NCBI GenBank assembly: GCA_963796685.1
Contig: CAWCMR010000013.1
Location: forward strand, 448,001 to 512,000
Reading direction: 5' to 3'
Length of the DNA: 64,000 nucleotides
From: an uncultured delta proteobacterium
GTDB lineage: Bacteria; Myxococcota_A; Polyangia; Fen-1088
The notes under the pieces were generated by a model. That model saw only the letters and a program-made list of their open reading frames with translations, was not told the origin of the DNA and searched no databases. This document shows, piece by piece, positions 29,625 to 38,065 of this stretch (position 1 is the first letter of the stretch; every line of letters begins with the position of its first letter). Position numbers and translations under genes: made by a program.

Positions 29625-31334
29625 GTAAGCAAGCGTGGGGCAAGTACAAGAGCATCGGAGAACGGGAAATGGCAGATAGAGATGGTTTTGACCCGAGCTT
29701 CCTGAGCGCCGCCGCATCCTGTGCTCTTCGCGACGCAAGCGCCGATGCCGCCACGCTAAAAACCTACTTCCAGACCAACCTGCGCTACGTCGATCCACTG
29801 TTCTATACCAACCTGTTTAATAGACTGGTCCGAGAAGTCCCCTCGGATCCCAGGGTCGTGACCGTGGCAAAGGAGACCAGTCAGGCTCTGCCCGTGATTG
29901 ACTTCGTCTATATGGATGTCGGCTGCTGGGCAGGAGCCGGCAACAACCAGGAGACAAAAGCCAAGGGGTGGACCAAGCACCGGGAATTCGGTGTGATTTG
30001 TGGCTACATGATCTTGCTCTGTGCCTTCGTCCCGGAGGAGAAGCCGAACTACTACGACCGCTACTCCAACCCGCAGGCATGGGACACGGACACGAGACAG
30101 CTTGCGCCCAGCGTGCTCATCGACGCCACGCTCACCCGTCACCCCGACTGGCCGAGGATTGCGGACGCTGCTGGACACGCTGGTAAACTGTGTTCCCAAT
30201 TCCAAGCTCTCCGTGCTCGGCGCCACGGCACTCACCTCCATCTACGTTCCCGTGCCCGCGCGCAAGAAGACGACGCCCATCACGATTTTCCTAGGCGACA
30301 TGCACGCGCCGGTCGCGACCAGTTCAGCGAACGCGCACATCGTGCAAGATGACCGTGAGATGCTGCGCGGCCGGCTGGAGGTCAGCGACTCCGACTTGCA
30401 CTGGCTCCGATCCGTCGCCATCGATCCGTGGCCCGTGCTAGCGGGCAAGGTGGGTAAGCGCATCCTCGACAACCAGAAGGATTTGCAGTGGGAGCAGACC
30501 ACCTCGCGCGAGTCGGTCGACAACTGGCTTCGTCTCTACCACGTCGAGGGGCAACGAACTGCGGACATCTTCCAAGATGCCGGCAAGGATCTGCGCGCGT
30601 TCGTCGACGCCCTGGCAGACTTTCACCAAAACACCTGGCCGCTCGAGCTCGTGCAACTGGGCGATCTCTTCGACCTCTGGCTGGGTTTTCAGCGTGCGTT
30701 TGGCGAGAAGCTCGGAAAGACCCCGGCCCTGGACAACCTGCACGGCAAGGCGCTCGACTTCGCCCGCTTTTGGGTCGAGCGCAGCCTGTTCGAGACCGAC
30801 CAGGGGCCGCACCTGGTCCACCTGCTGACGCTCGGCGAGCGTGCCGGAAAGAATCGACAAACCGGTGCGCCTCTGCGGACGACCTTCATCCACGGCAATC
30901 ACGACAACTATCTGAAGCACGGCGGTGGAAAGCCTATCGAGGTGCCTTCTGACCACGAGCACGCGGGCCTGAAGATCAACGCCTTTCACCTGCCGTCATT
31001 CGAAGAAAAGACCGGCCTGTGGGCCGAACACGGCCACCAGCCCGACAGCTTCAATCGCGACGAGAACCCCAGCTCCGGACACCAGTTGACCCAGGCCGCG
31101 TTCTTTCAGCCGGACGTGCGCAGATTCGAGGGGCCAGCGGGCTGGGCGACCTCGATGGGAGACGGCAAGGGAATCCAGCGCGTGAAGAGCATCGATCATG
31201 CCCTGCATCGCTGCCTGCTCGACCACGTCGATCATGGCCAGCCCTGCCGTGGCGCGTACGTCATGGGCCATACCCACGAGGCCATGCTCAAGCGGGTCGA
31301 GTTGTGGCCATGTCCGCCGCACAAGTACCGCTAG
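29621..31334 (+). CDS. Calcineurin-like (LpxH-like) metallophosphoesterase with unknown N-terminal domain, candidate T6SS effector; frameshift at ~30155
   Basis: TTGA overlap with the upstream gene; five motifs FLGDMH, QLGDLFDLW, IHGNHD, AEHGH and VMGHTH. Confidence 0.75.
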
Positions 31335-31442
31335 CCTGAACTACCGTTGGGAAGCGGGGCGCGGCACCAGAAAACAGCGCGCGGTGACAAGATCGAGATT
31401 GTCCTTCGGTCGCGTAGGAAGTTAGATCGTGGTTCGGAGACG

Positions 31443-32090
31443 ATGATGGGGAAGATGTCGAACAGGATGATCACGGCGAGAGCGATTGCGACCGCACTGG
31501 TGGTGGCCACGCTGGTCGCCGCGCCGGCGCGCGCGGCCGACAAGCTCGAGGCCAAGGAGCGCAAGGCGCGGGTGGAGTGCGCGGCGGGCGACTATGCCGA
31601 AGGGGTGCGACTGCTGGCCGAGCTTTGGGTGGCCACGGGCGATGCCACGTTCTTGTACAACCAGGGGCGCTGCTACGAGCAGAGCGGCCAGAACGATCTG
31701 GCTGTCAGCCGGTTCCGTGAATACCTGCGCAAGGCCCCGGCCTTGCCGGCGGAAGATGTCGAAGCGGTGAACCGGCGCATCGACGAGCTCCAGCGCCAGG
31801 CGGCGAGTCGCGCGGCCCCTGCCCCGACGGTCATCAACCTGGTCTCGCCGACGGCCCCGCCTCTCCCTGCACCTGCACCCTCGCCTGCGGCGAGCGTCGA
31901 CCGCTCGGCCGAGCTGGTGTCCTCGCCTCAGCCCGCGCCTGCTTCCGATTCTCCGGTGTACGCCCGCTGGTGGTTTTGGACCGGCGTCGGCGCCGTCGTG
32001 GTGGGAGGCGTGGTCACCGCGGTTCTGCTCGCCGGTCATTCCGGTCAAAAGTCGCCCTCTTGCGACCAGGGGGTGCCATGCGTTCATTGA
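31443..32090 (+). CDS. TPR protein with C-terminal WWFW transmembrane anchor
   Basis: Signal peptide ARA; FLYNQGRCYE...FREYLR TPR; Pro-rich linker; PVYARWWFWTGVG TM; tail PSCDQGVPCVH. Start from ORF 31347 trimmed to MMGKM. Confidence 0.8.
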   Translation: MMGKMSNRMITARAIATALVVATLVAAPARAADKLEAKERKARVECAAGDYAEGVRLLAELWVATGDATFLYNQGRCYEQSGQNDLAVSRFREYLRKAPALPAEDVEAVNRRIDELQRQAASRAAPAPTVINLVSPTAPPLPAPAPSPAASVDRSAELVSSPQPAPASDSPVYARWWFWTGVGAVVVGGVVTAVLLAGHSGQKSPSCDQGVPCVH

Positions 32091-34225
32091 GACTTGGCCT
32101 TGCGTCTCTCCTTTGCCTGGCTGCGGCCTGCAGCGGCCAAGACACCGGGCTTCTCGACCTGACGCTGAATGCGGATGCTACCAATCCTCCACCGCATGGG
32201 GCGGCAGTCGACCTGATGGCCGCCGGAGGAATTCACCGCAGTTTCGCCATCGCGTTTCCACCCGACGGAGCGAGCTCGCTTCGACTGGAGTATCCCGACC
32301 TGCCCACCGGCACCATCACCCTCACCGTTCAGACCCTGGACAACAGGGGCTGCGTGCTCGGTGAATCCCCTGCCCCGTTCGCGGTCGCCATCAAGGCCGG
32401 CGCGAAGGTGGCCGCGGCGGTCACCATCCAGAAGTCGACCAAGCCCTGCGGGGACGGCGGAAACGCGAGCCCTGGGCTCGACGCGGGCGTCGATGCGGGC
32501 CACGCGGACGAAGCTGGAGAACCGGACACGGGGACTGGGCCGGTCGACACGGCTGTCGACCTGGCGACAGATGTTGCGGAGCGCGACACTCCCGCGATCG
32601 ACGCTGGGCCGGTCGACCTACCAGTGTCTGATAGTCCACCGGACATGCCATTGGCGGACGTTTCGCCAAGCATCGATAGCCCGCCGGACGGCGCCGACGC
32701 CCCCTTCGCTTCTGGTCCCACCATCCTCAGCTTCACCGCCAGCCCCGCCACCATCAGCGCCGGCTCCAGTACCACTCTGACTGCGATATTCACGAGTGCG
32801 AACTGGTCGAGCATCGACCACGGCATTGGTACCGTCACCAGCGGCACGAGCATAGGAACCGGCCGCCTATCCGCGACCACGACGTATCAACTGACCGTCA
32901 TCGACTCGACGGGCAATTCGGTCACGAGACAAGTGACGGTGATGGTCGTGCCCTTGCCGAGCATCAGCAGCTTCAGCGCCCTCATGCCCACCGTCGCCAG
33001 CGGAACGCTGACCGCGTTGGCGCCGGTCTTCACCGGCGGGACTGGGAGTGTTGACACTGGCATCGGTCCCGTCACCAGCGATACACCCGTGCCTACTGGC
33101 GTCCTTTTTGCCAACTCCACCTTCACGTTGACGGTTACCAATGCCGCTGGAGATAGTGCGACAAGTCAAGTAACTGTCATGGCAAGCGCGGCCGTAGGAA
33201 CAGGCGTGTTTACGGCCACAGGGTCCCTATCGCTTGAGAGGGGCGCTCATACTGCAACGCTGCTCCCGAACGGGAAGGTGCTGGTTGCCGGCGGGGACCA
33301 TACCCCGACGGGTGCGACGGACATTCCCCCAAATGGGGAACTGTACGACTCCAGCGCTGGAAATTTCACCCTGACGGGGGCGATGTCCACCCACAGGGAT
33401 GGTCACACGGCCACCCTTCTTCCGAATGGCAAAGTCCTTGTCGCGGGTGGTTGGGGAAATGGCATCGCTCAAACGAGCGCAGATCTGTACGACACGGAGA
33501 CCGGAAGCTTCGTGCCTACTGGAAGCTTAGGTACAGGCAGAACCGGGCATACAGCCACGCTCTTGCCAGGAGGCAAGGTGCTCGTTGCCGGAGGGCAAGG
33601 GAATTCCGGCAGTTTGTCGAGCGCTGAGCTCTATGACGCAAGTACAGGAACTTTCATCCCTACCGGTGGAATGACGGCCATTCGGCAGTATCTTGCCGCG
33701 TCGATCTTACCCAACGGCCAAGTTATGGTCTGCGGCGGCGAGGATCTCGTTGGCGTGAACAATCCAATCCTAGCCAGCGCAGACGCCTTCGATCCGGGCA
33801 GTGCCGTATTCGCGGGAACTGGCGCGATGAACATTGCCAGAATCTGGCATACCGCAACCCTGCTACTGAGCGGTGAGGTCCTCATCATTGGCGGCGCCAA
33901 CAACACCGCGACCGTAGCTGCTGCGGAGCTTTACGATCAAAGCAGCGGCACTTTCAGCCTCACCGGAGCAACCACGGATCCAAGATCCTTTCACTCGGCA
34001 ACGTTGCTGCCGAATGGGAAGGTTCTGGTGGCGGGCGGATCGTACTTTCTGCCAGGCCCGTCTGCGAACACAGTCGTATCGAGTGCGGAATTGTATGATC
34101 CAAACAGCCGCCAATTCACGGCAACTGGATCGATGACTGGTCCACGAGAAGGCCACACCGCAACCCTACTGCAGAATGGAAAGGTTCTAATCACAAGCGG
34201 CTCAAGTGCAGAACTGTACTGGTGA
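32078..34225 (+). CDS. Lipoprotein with Ig-like repeats and a Kelch-repeat beta-propeller
   Basis: Lipobox AAAC; Asp/Pro-rich linker; two PxIxSF Ig-like units; seven Kelch repeats of the HTATLLPNGKVLVAGG type. Confidence 0.88.
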   Translation: MRSLRLGLASLLCLAAACSGQDTGLLDLTLNADATNPPPHGAAVDLMAAGGIHRSFAIAFPPDGASSLRLEYPDLPTGTITLTVQTLDNRGCVLGESPAPFAVAIKAGAKVAAAVTIQKSTKPCGDGGNASPGLDAGVDAGHADEAGEPDTGTGPVDTAVDLATDVAERDTPAIDAGPVDLPVSDSPPDMPLADVSPSIDSPPDGADAPFASGPTILSFTASPATISAGSSTTLTAIFTSANWSSIDHGIGTVTSGTSIGTGRLSATTTYQLTVIDSTGNSVTRQVTVMVVPLPSISSFSALMPTVASGTLTALAPVFTGGTGSVDTGIGPVTSDTPVPTGVLFANSTFTLTVTNAAGDSATSQVTVMASAAVGTGVFTATGSLSLERGAHTATLLPNGKVLVAGGDHTPTGATDIPPNGELYDSSAGNFTLTGAMSTHRDGHTATLLPNGKVLVAGGWGNGIAQTSADLYDTETGSFVPTGSLGTGRTGHTATLLPGGKVLVAGGQGNSGSLSSAELYDASTGTFIPTGGMTAIRQYLAASILPNGQVMVCGGEDLVGVNNPILASADAFDPGSAVFAGTGAMNIARIWHTATLLLSGEVLIIGGANNTATVAAAELYDQSSGTFSLTGATTDPRSFHSATLLPNGKVLVAGGSYFLPGPSANTVVSSAELYDPNSRQFTATGSMTGPREGHTATLLQNGKVLITSGSSAELYW

Positions 34226-34272
34226 CCCAGCCACCAGTTGAGCGGCCAAGCCCCATCGTTTGCACCAAGACA

Positions 34273-36159
34273 TTACTGGCCCGGCAGATAGTACTCGTCG
34301 GCACCACAGTCCAGCCTCGTCTCGTTTGGACGAAGCTGGCCATCCATATCGTCAAAGGGATGCGCGACAGTTGAGACGATGAAATTCCTGCAGGGCTTGG
34401 GATATTTCGGCGAGGAGGATGTCAGGTGGTAGGTGGAGTCGAGAGCTGGGTCGAGGGTGAAGCTTGTCGGCCCATCTGGTAATGGCTTCCCAGACTCCCA
34501 TGCACTGGTGCCATCTATCAGGCAGTTGAAGAAGTCTTGTGAGTTGCCATGCATCAACATGCCGGTCAAGATCTGCGTCGTGTCGTAGCACACAACCGCG
34601 GGCGACGTGGAAGCGGTCGAGCCGACGTTGTTCACAACCGTGCTGAACCAGAACTTGTGCGGACCTGACGATGTTCCAACCCCTCCGAAGTAAGCCGCAG
34701 AAAACTGTGTCGTAACCATCGCCACCCCGCCGGAGTTGCCATCGAAAACCGAATTCGAGATGTCGAAATTCGCGCCGGACTGGACGATCATGCCTCCACG
34801 AGTGTTGCCCTTGATTATGCAACGATCCATGCGAAGCGTTCCGCCGGATTCCACCACAATTCCCGTGTTGCTTCCGCCCGCAATAGTCACACCTCTGAGG
34901 TAGAGGTCACCGACCGTCACGTGGATGCCAACGAAAGCACCGGCTGCGGTGGTAGCGCCGTTCTGACCGATGACCGTGATCTGACCCGTGGATGACGTGG
35001 ATGTTGAAGTCACCGGGTAGAGGTTGGACCCTTTCATGACGATGAGCCGCTTGGTGGAGGTGACCGCGTCGATGCCGGCTTGCGAGTCGCAGTAAGGGGA
35101 TGCGGACGTGCCCGCGCCTCCGCTGCAGCCCGCGGCGTTCTGCACGTAGATTGTCTCTGCATCGGTCGCGCAGCGACCGTTGTCGTGGAACATGCATACG
35201 CCGGGGCCGACTCCCTTGTCGGCGCACTGGGTGTCGCTGGTGCAGGCGGCACAGGTGTAGGCGGGAACGGTGGTCGTGGCCGTAAGGTTGCAGATCGGCG
35301 TGGCGGTGTTGGTGCAATCTGCGCTACTCGCGCAGCCGACGCACTGACCTGCGACGGACAGGGTGCTCGTGCTGGGCACGCACACCGGGGTCGCGCCGGT
35401 GCACGGGCCGGCCGAGGTCGAACCGCCGTCTGGGGCTCCGGCATCGGCGGCACCGGCGGACGGACCGCCAGCCGTGGCGCCGGGCACGTCACAGCCCACG
35501 CACTGGTTCTGCACGCAGAACGACTTGCCCGCGGTCGGGCAATCGCTGTTGCCCACGCACTCGACGCAGCTACCGGATGCGGCGCACATGGGAGCGCTCG
35601 CCGGGCACGCGCTGCCGCCGTCGGGGCCGCCGGCACTGGAGCAAGAGACGCAGGTGTTCTGCGCTGAGCAGAACGGCACGCCCGCGTCGTTGTTGCACTG
35701 GCTGCTGGTCCTGCAGGCGACACACCTTGTGTTCACGCAGTAGGCGCCGGCCCCCACGCCCACGCAGTCGTTGTCGACCGAGCAGGTCCCAGCGGCATCG
35801 GGAATGCGCGTGTCGGGGCTGGTCACATCCATGATCGGTGCGTCGATGATGCTCGTGTCCAACGCCTGGGTATCAAGCGATGTCCCGTCGGTGACGATGG
35901 GGGCGTCTTTGGCGTCCCCTTCGCTGGCGTCGATGGGTGACGTATCCACGGGAGGGGGACCATCGACGGCGTTTGTATCCGCGATGCCCGCGTCGGTCTC
36001 CGGCACGCACAGGCCAGTCGTGAAGTTGCAGGTGTAACCGAAGTTGCAGGTGCTGTAAGTTGTGTCGCAATAGGTAAAGTCGCGGCGCGTGGAATCGCAG
36101 CCGCCAACCAGCACCAGCAGCAAGGGGAAGACAACGAGTAGTTTGCGCATGGCTTTCAT
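34273..36159 (-). CDS. Cys-rich lipoprotein with right-handed beta-helix-like C-terminal domain
   Basis: Lipobox VGGC; Asp-rich linker; repeated CVxCxxxxxC units; IYV...GTSASPYC; terminal DGQLRP...DCGADE (choice-of-anchor Q-like). Confidence 0.78.
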   Translation of the reverse strand: MKAMRKLLVVFPLLLVLVGGCDSTRRDFTYCDTTYSTCNFGYTCNFTTGLCVPETDAGIADTNAVDGPPPVDTSPIDASEGDAKDAPIVTDGTSLDTQALDTSIIDAPIMDVTSPDTRIPDAAGTCSVDNDCVGVGAGAYCVNTRCVACRTSSQCNNDAGVPFCSAQNTCVSCSSAGGPDGGSACPASAPMCAASGSCVECVGNSDCPTAGKSFCVQNQCVGCDVPGATAGGPSAGAADAGAPDGGSTSAGPCTGATPVCVPSTSTLSVAGQCVGCASSADCTNTATPICNLTATTTVPAYTCAACTSDTQCADKGVGPGVCMFHDNGRCATDAETIYVQNAAGCSGGAGTSASPYCDSQAGIDAVTSTKRLIVMKGSNLYPVTSTSTSSTGQITVIGQNGATTAAGAFVGIHVTVGDLYLRGVTIAGGSNTGIVVESGGTLRMDRCIIKGNTRGGMIVQSGANFDISNSVFDGNSGGVAMVTTQFSAAYFGGVGTSSGPHKFWFSTVVNNVGSTASTSPAVVCYDTTQILTGMLMHGNSQDFFNCLIDGTSAWESGKPLPDGPTSFTLDPALDSTYHLTSSSPKYPKPCRNFIVSTVAHPFDDMDGQLRPNETRLDCGADEYYLPGQ

Positions 36160-36162
36160 CTC

Positions 36163-37047
36163 CTAGAACTTCCCTTGCAAGCCCAAAGAACGCGGTCCGA
36201 CTGCAACCGACACGCTGGTGCCGTCGTCCCTGCCCCAGATCACCATGGCCGAGCCCGCGGCCATCGAAACCACGCCCACGCTTAGCAGGCTCCAGCCCCA
36301 TTTGCCGGTGTCACGGACAATGATCGGCTTGCCGCTCGGGGTCCTCTCGACGACATTGCCGTCGACGGCGATGTAGTAGACGCCGAACCCGACGGCCAGC
36401 AAGCCCACCGCGCCGAACCCGATTCCCATCATGGGCGTGGGCTGGCGCCACCACGGCGGCGTCGTCGAGACTTCCAAGCCCGGAGGACGTTCCGTATCGC
36501 GAACTGGAACCATGGCGTGAGCTGGTGGCGGCGGCGGTGCGGTTTCCGCGGCCGGAGATGGCGCTTGCTCCTGCATGACGCGGGTCCAGAGCTTGCCGAC
36601 CTTCTCCTGAACCGTCGGCACGAACTGGTCCTCGGCGCACAGCTCGCAGTCCTTGCTGTCGCTGCCCAGCGTCCGTCCCGTTTCCCCATCGCGAACATCG
36701 AGCGTCAGCCGATAGCCGGCGGGATTGGCCACCCCTTGCACGACCAGGACATGCGTGGCTTCGACACGCTTCGCGATGGCCGCGAAACAGGCTGCATCGG
36801 TACACGCGGCGTCTTCTGCGGTCAGGTCTTCGAACGGGACCATGGCCACCGAAAGGTCGTCGAGGGCGGTGGCGACGGCCTGGCGGATGCCGAGCTTCAG
36901 CCTCAGGCTCGCCTGCACGGTGTCCACGACCGCCACCTTCGGACCTTCGGCAAAGGCGACCGCGGGCAGCAAAACCATCCCAACCAGGACCAAGGGTCCA
37001 AACAAGGTTCTTCGGGTGCTAAGCATGGGGGAACGATTGGGGATCAT
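36163..37047 (-). CDS. Secreted/membrane hypothetical protein with C-terminal hydrophobic helices and GKF terminus
   Basis: Signal peptide AFA; CTDAAC and CELC pairs; Pro linker; ends SVAVGPRSLGLQGKF. Confidence 0.7.
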   Translation of the reverse strand: MIPNRSPMLSTRRTLFGPLVLVGMVLLPAVAFAEGPKVAVVDTVQASLRLKLGIRQAVATALDDLSVAMVPFEDLTAEDAACTDAACFAAIAKRVEATHVLVVQGVANPAGYRLTLDVRDGETGRTLGSDSKDCELCAEDQFVPTVQEKVGKLWTRVMQEQAPSPAAETAPPPPPAHAMVPVRDTERPPGLEVSTTPPWWRQPTPMMGIGFGAVGLLAVGFGVYYIAVDGNVVERTPSGKPIIVRDTGKWGWSLLSVGVVSMAAGSAMVIWGRDDGTSVSVAVGPRSLGLQGKF

Positions 37048-37051
37048 TCAC

Positions 37052-37085
37052 TTCTAGTCAAGAGTCTGGTGCGTCTTGACTAGAA
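37052..37085. repeat. Perfect 12-bp inverted repeat (terminator or operator)
   Basis: TTCTAGTCAAGA-N10-TCTTGACTAGAA between the EamA stop and the next gene start. Confidence 0.7.
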
Positions 37086-37093
37086 ATGTTGCG

Positions 37094-37993
37094 CTACCTG
37101 TGCGCACGGAACGACCCGGCGACTCCGAGGAGGACCAGGCCCGCGCCGGCCAGCGAGGTGCCCACGATGCGCTCGCCCAGCACCAGCCAGCCGAGGAAAG
37201 CGGCGATCACGGGATTGACGTAGCCATAGGTGAACACCAGGCGCGTGGGCAGGAGGTGCAGCGCCTTCAAGAAGGACGTGAAGGAGATGAGGGAACCGAA
37301 CACGAGCAGGAAGGCGAAAGCCAGCCACGCGCTGCCGGTCGGCTTGGGCACGGGCTCGCCAAAGCTGACAGACAAAATTGCGACGGCCAGGCCGCCGAAC
37401 AGCATCTGGTAGGCCGCGCTGACGATGGCGTCGAGGCCCACCGGGCGACGGCGTTGCAGAAGCGAGCCTCCGCCCCAGCTAAGGGCCGCGATGAGCAGCA
37501 CCACGACGGCAATGGTGTCGGCGCGCACGCCACTGCGCAGGGCCGGATAGCCGATGAGGCCGACCCCGAGAAACCCGACGAACAGGGCCACGGCCACCAG
37601 CTTCGACGGCAACCGCCTGTCGATGGCGCTCTCGAGAAGGGCTACCCAGATGGGGGTGGAGGCGATGAGAAGGGCCGCCAGGGCACTGCTCACGCGCTGT
37701 TCGGCCACCACCACGAAGGCATTGCCGAACGTCCACAGCAGAACGCCCGAGGTTGCCAGCAGCGGGAGCTCGCGGCGGGTGGGCCGCACGCGCAGGCCGC
37801 GCGTTCTCGCCCACACGATGAGCAGCGGAAATGCCAGCAGGCAGCGCATGGCCGCGAGCGCGAAGGGCGGAAAGCCGGCGCCCGGACGAACCGCCACCCG
37901 GATGGCCAGGTAGGTGCTGCTCCAGACGAGATAGACGACGAAGAGGTGCATGAGCCCGCGCCAGGAGACTGCGGGTTGGGATTGCGGGGACAT
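37094..37993 (-). CDS. EamA/DMT family transporter (YedA-like)
   Basis: VYLVWSSTYLAIR, YGYVNPVIA, about 10 TM helices. Confidence 0.92.
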   Translation of the reverse strand: MSPQSQPAVSWRGLMHLFVVYLVWSSTYLAIRVAVRPGAGFPPFALAAMRCLLAFPLLIVWARTRGLRVRPTRRELPLLATSGVLLWTFGNAFVVVAEQRVSSALAALLIASTPIWVALLESAIDRRLPSKLVAVALFVGFLGVGLIGYPALRSGVRADTIAVVVLLIAALSWGGGSLLQRRRPVGLDAIVSAAYQMLFGGLAVAILSVSFGEPVPKPTGSAWLAFAFLLVFGSLISFTSFLKALHLLPTRLVFTYGYVNPVIAAFLGWLVLGERIVGTSLAGAGLVLLGVAGSFRAHR

Positions 37994-38028
37994 GGAGGCG
38001 CGGAAGTTAGCAGATTGGTAGCCTATGG

Positions 38029-38054
38029 AGGGCGGGTTTGAAACCCGCCCCTAC
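38029..38054 (-). repeat. GTAG-family REP element
   Basis: Minus strand reads GTAG-GGGCGGG-TTTCAAA-CCCGCCC-T: a GTAG tetranucleotide followed by a hairpin. Confidence 0.8.
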
Positions 38055-38065
38055 AACCCGCATGG

